Assembly: GCA_021432655.1 (NCBI GenBank)
Contig: MU271586.1
Location: 1-37,504 of the forward strand
Length of the DNA: 37,504 bases
Direction: 5' to 3'
DNA from: Atractiella rhizophila
Taxonomy: Eukaryota
In this document: positions 35,674 to 37,504 of the stretch, one piece after another
How positions within the stretch are numbered: position 1 is the first letter of the stretch
Layout of the letters: each line of letters opens with the position of its first letter
Notes under the pieces: generated by a model
Told to the model about the DNA's origin: nothing
What the model saw: only the letters and a program-made list of their open reading frames with translations
Database searches by the model: none
Position numbers and translations under genes: made by a program

Positions 35674-37504
35674 ATGGACTCTGCATCGCCCAATGGCCGC
35701 CTCCGCTCCAGCTCCAACCTGACCACCCAAACGCAGCAGCAACTCAAGCGTGCGCGTCCCACATCCATCTACCTCTCCACCTCTCCCTCCCAATCCTCCC
35801 CCACCCTCTCCTCGCCCGCTAACTCGCCCGCCAACTCGCCTCCCTCAGCAAGGCGAACCACGCAGCCCCTGCCACAGAAGCCATCCATGCAGTCCCGGAG
35901 GAGCTCCGGACTCTTCTCCTTTCCGGGGAACCAAAACGGCACCAGTTCTCCAGGCTCAGGGTCCCCTAAATCTTCTCCTTTGTCCGGAAAACGACAACGT
36001 CTCCCGTCCTACGCGACTCCCTCGTCCCCAATATCGATCAACGGTTCTCCCTCCGCGTCAAAACGCTCTCCAGGAGCTCCTTCCCCTTCCCCTTCGCCCA
36101 AAGGGGTGGCAGGAGGCGCGAAGCTCCCGCTGCCGCCTTCGAGGCTGAGGAAGGCGAGCACGATCAGCTCTGTGCTCAGCAATCCCCCTGCTCCGCGCGT
36201 CAGACTCACGTCGGAAGAGCCGCCGGAACGTTCGCCTCCTGCGTCTCCTTCCACCCAGAGCTCGCCGGTGAACCACCATCACCATGGAGAGCCGATGTTG
36301 ACGGACGAGTCGGCCGTGGGATCGATATTGAGGGCGACGGGCGACGGGGAGGGGACGATGAGAGCGAAGAGTAGGAGTAGGAGTAGGAGTAGAGGGAGGA
36401 GGGAGATGACAGACGAAAGTGCGACGGAGAGCGTCATTGAGAGTTTGATGGATGAGGACGATGAGAGTGCGGGCAGTGGAGCGGACGAGACTAGTCAGCC
36501 GGAAATGGCGGTTAGGGATGAGGAGGTTCGTTTTCTTATTTCTGCATTATGGAAAGGATGCGGCGCGATTTATTTTTTCTGCGTGACATGAGGTTGGAAT
36601 TTTTTGCAAAGTGTGTAGAACGCGTTTTAAATACGTCTCGACGCGTGTTTCTCACGAGAGACAGTTTTTCCCTCTAGATTGATGGTGTTTAGAGACACTT
36701 ATGTGCCTTGTTTTGGTGACTGTTGGAATGGGGTTCAGCACACATCGACTAACTCAGCAAGAACATCATGTTCTTTCGAGAAGCCTTATGGTTGCAATTC
36801 TCTAGCTGATGTGGTCCCAATCTATCCTGAATGATACTAACGATGGAAGAGAATGACGTTCCAATTCGCTTTTTTTAAAGGTGTCCATTGCAGAGATGTG
36901 ACCATGAGTGCTCCTTTTTTTGCATAATTTCTTTGCCGTGCTTTGATTGTTGGACTGGGACCTTTTTGCCTTGATTTCCTAACCTCCTACTTCAAAACTT
37001 GGTCTAATCTTGTGGGACAGCTATCCATCCTTCTCGGAAAGCTGGAACGTTTACACTTGCGTCGGATAAGCCACTACAAGCGACTTTTTGCTAGTCAAGA
37101 AGCAGCAAGCGCCACCAACAGCCATGCACTGCACGTGAGTGTTCGCACAACTCATGTTGGCAAAAGCTAACTCGTTCATCGTAGGCTGAGATCCAGACGC
37201 TCCTCGCTTCCGGACATCGTAACCAGCTAGCTGCCCGATCCTTGCGCGAGGAATTGGACCACGCAAGGAGCCGAGAACGCAAGCTTCAGGCGGAGTTGGA
37301 CCGTCTCAAGAACTCACGACTCACTTCTCTCTCTAATAACGCTGCTCCGACATCCAACGGTGCCATGGACTATATTGCCTCTACGATATTTAGAGATGGG
37401 GACGAAGACGAAATCTCATCGTACTTTCGTTCTCTGGACCCTCAAGGCAGATCAAAGCTCTTGCATCTCATTCTCTCACATACGCTCCCTGGAGACGCCG
37501 CCGC
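35674..37504 (+). CDS. 3'-partial gene: S/P-rich N-terminus plus coiled coil, probably the N-terminus of an F-box/WD40 protein
   Basis: Exon 1 35674-36525, intron 36526-37020, exon LSILLGKLERLHLRRISHYKRLF...HALH, intron 37135-37184, then AEIQTLL...RSKLLHLILSHTLPGDAA running off the window. The helical segment resembles, by recall, the region before the F-box in basidiomycete F-box/WD40 proteins; the F-box itself is not visible. Confidence 0.5.

Overview
Gene-dense, intron-rich eukaryotic DNA from a fungus, most likely a basidiomycete (inferred from short GT-AG introns with CTRAY branch points and from the protein sequences). In order it holds: 3' part of RRP15; SCAP/Scp1; a stand-alone FluG-type glutamine-synthetase-like gene; an atypical SDR; TAF10; an intron-containing tRNA-Val(AAC); an EI24-like membrane protein; asparagine synthetase; a classical SDR; a BRD7/9- or Rsc58-like gene; COQ7; a proline-rich inositol polyphosphate 5-phosphatase; POT1; TRS23; PRP45/SKIP; PYM1/WIBG; NPR2; and the 5' part of a probable F-box/WD40 gene. 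No transposon, CRISPR array or rRNA was seen. The most notable structures are two diverged tandem duplications: about 900 bp covering the asparagine synthetase promoter and first 33 codons, and 134 bp frameshifting the BRD7/9-like gene. Their divergence pattern looks like two alleles assembled head-to-tail, although the 134-bp unit also contains an AG|GT site that would allow exact removal as an intron. Other leads are a tRNA-spaced element in the asparagine synthetase leader, a 495-nt intron with a possible poison exon, and altered functional motifs in SCAP, the GS-like protein and one SDR. I did not find a clearly new biological system. All calls come from reading by eye and recalled family motifs; no searches were run.
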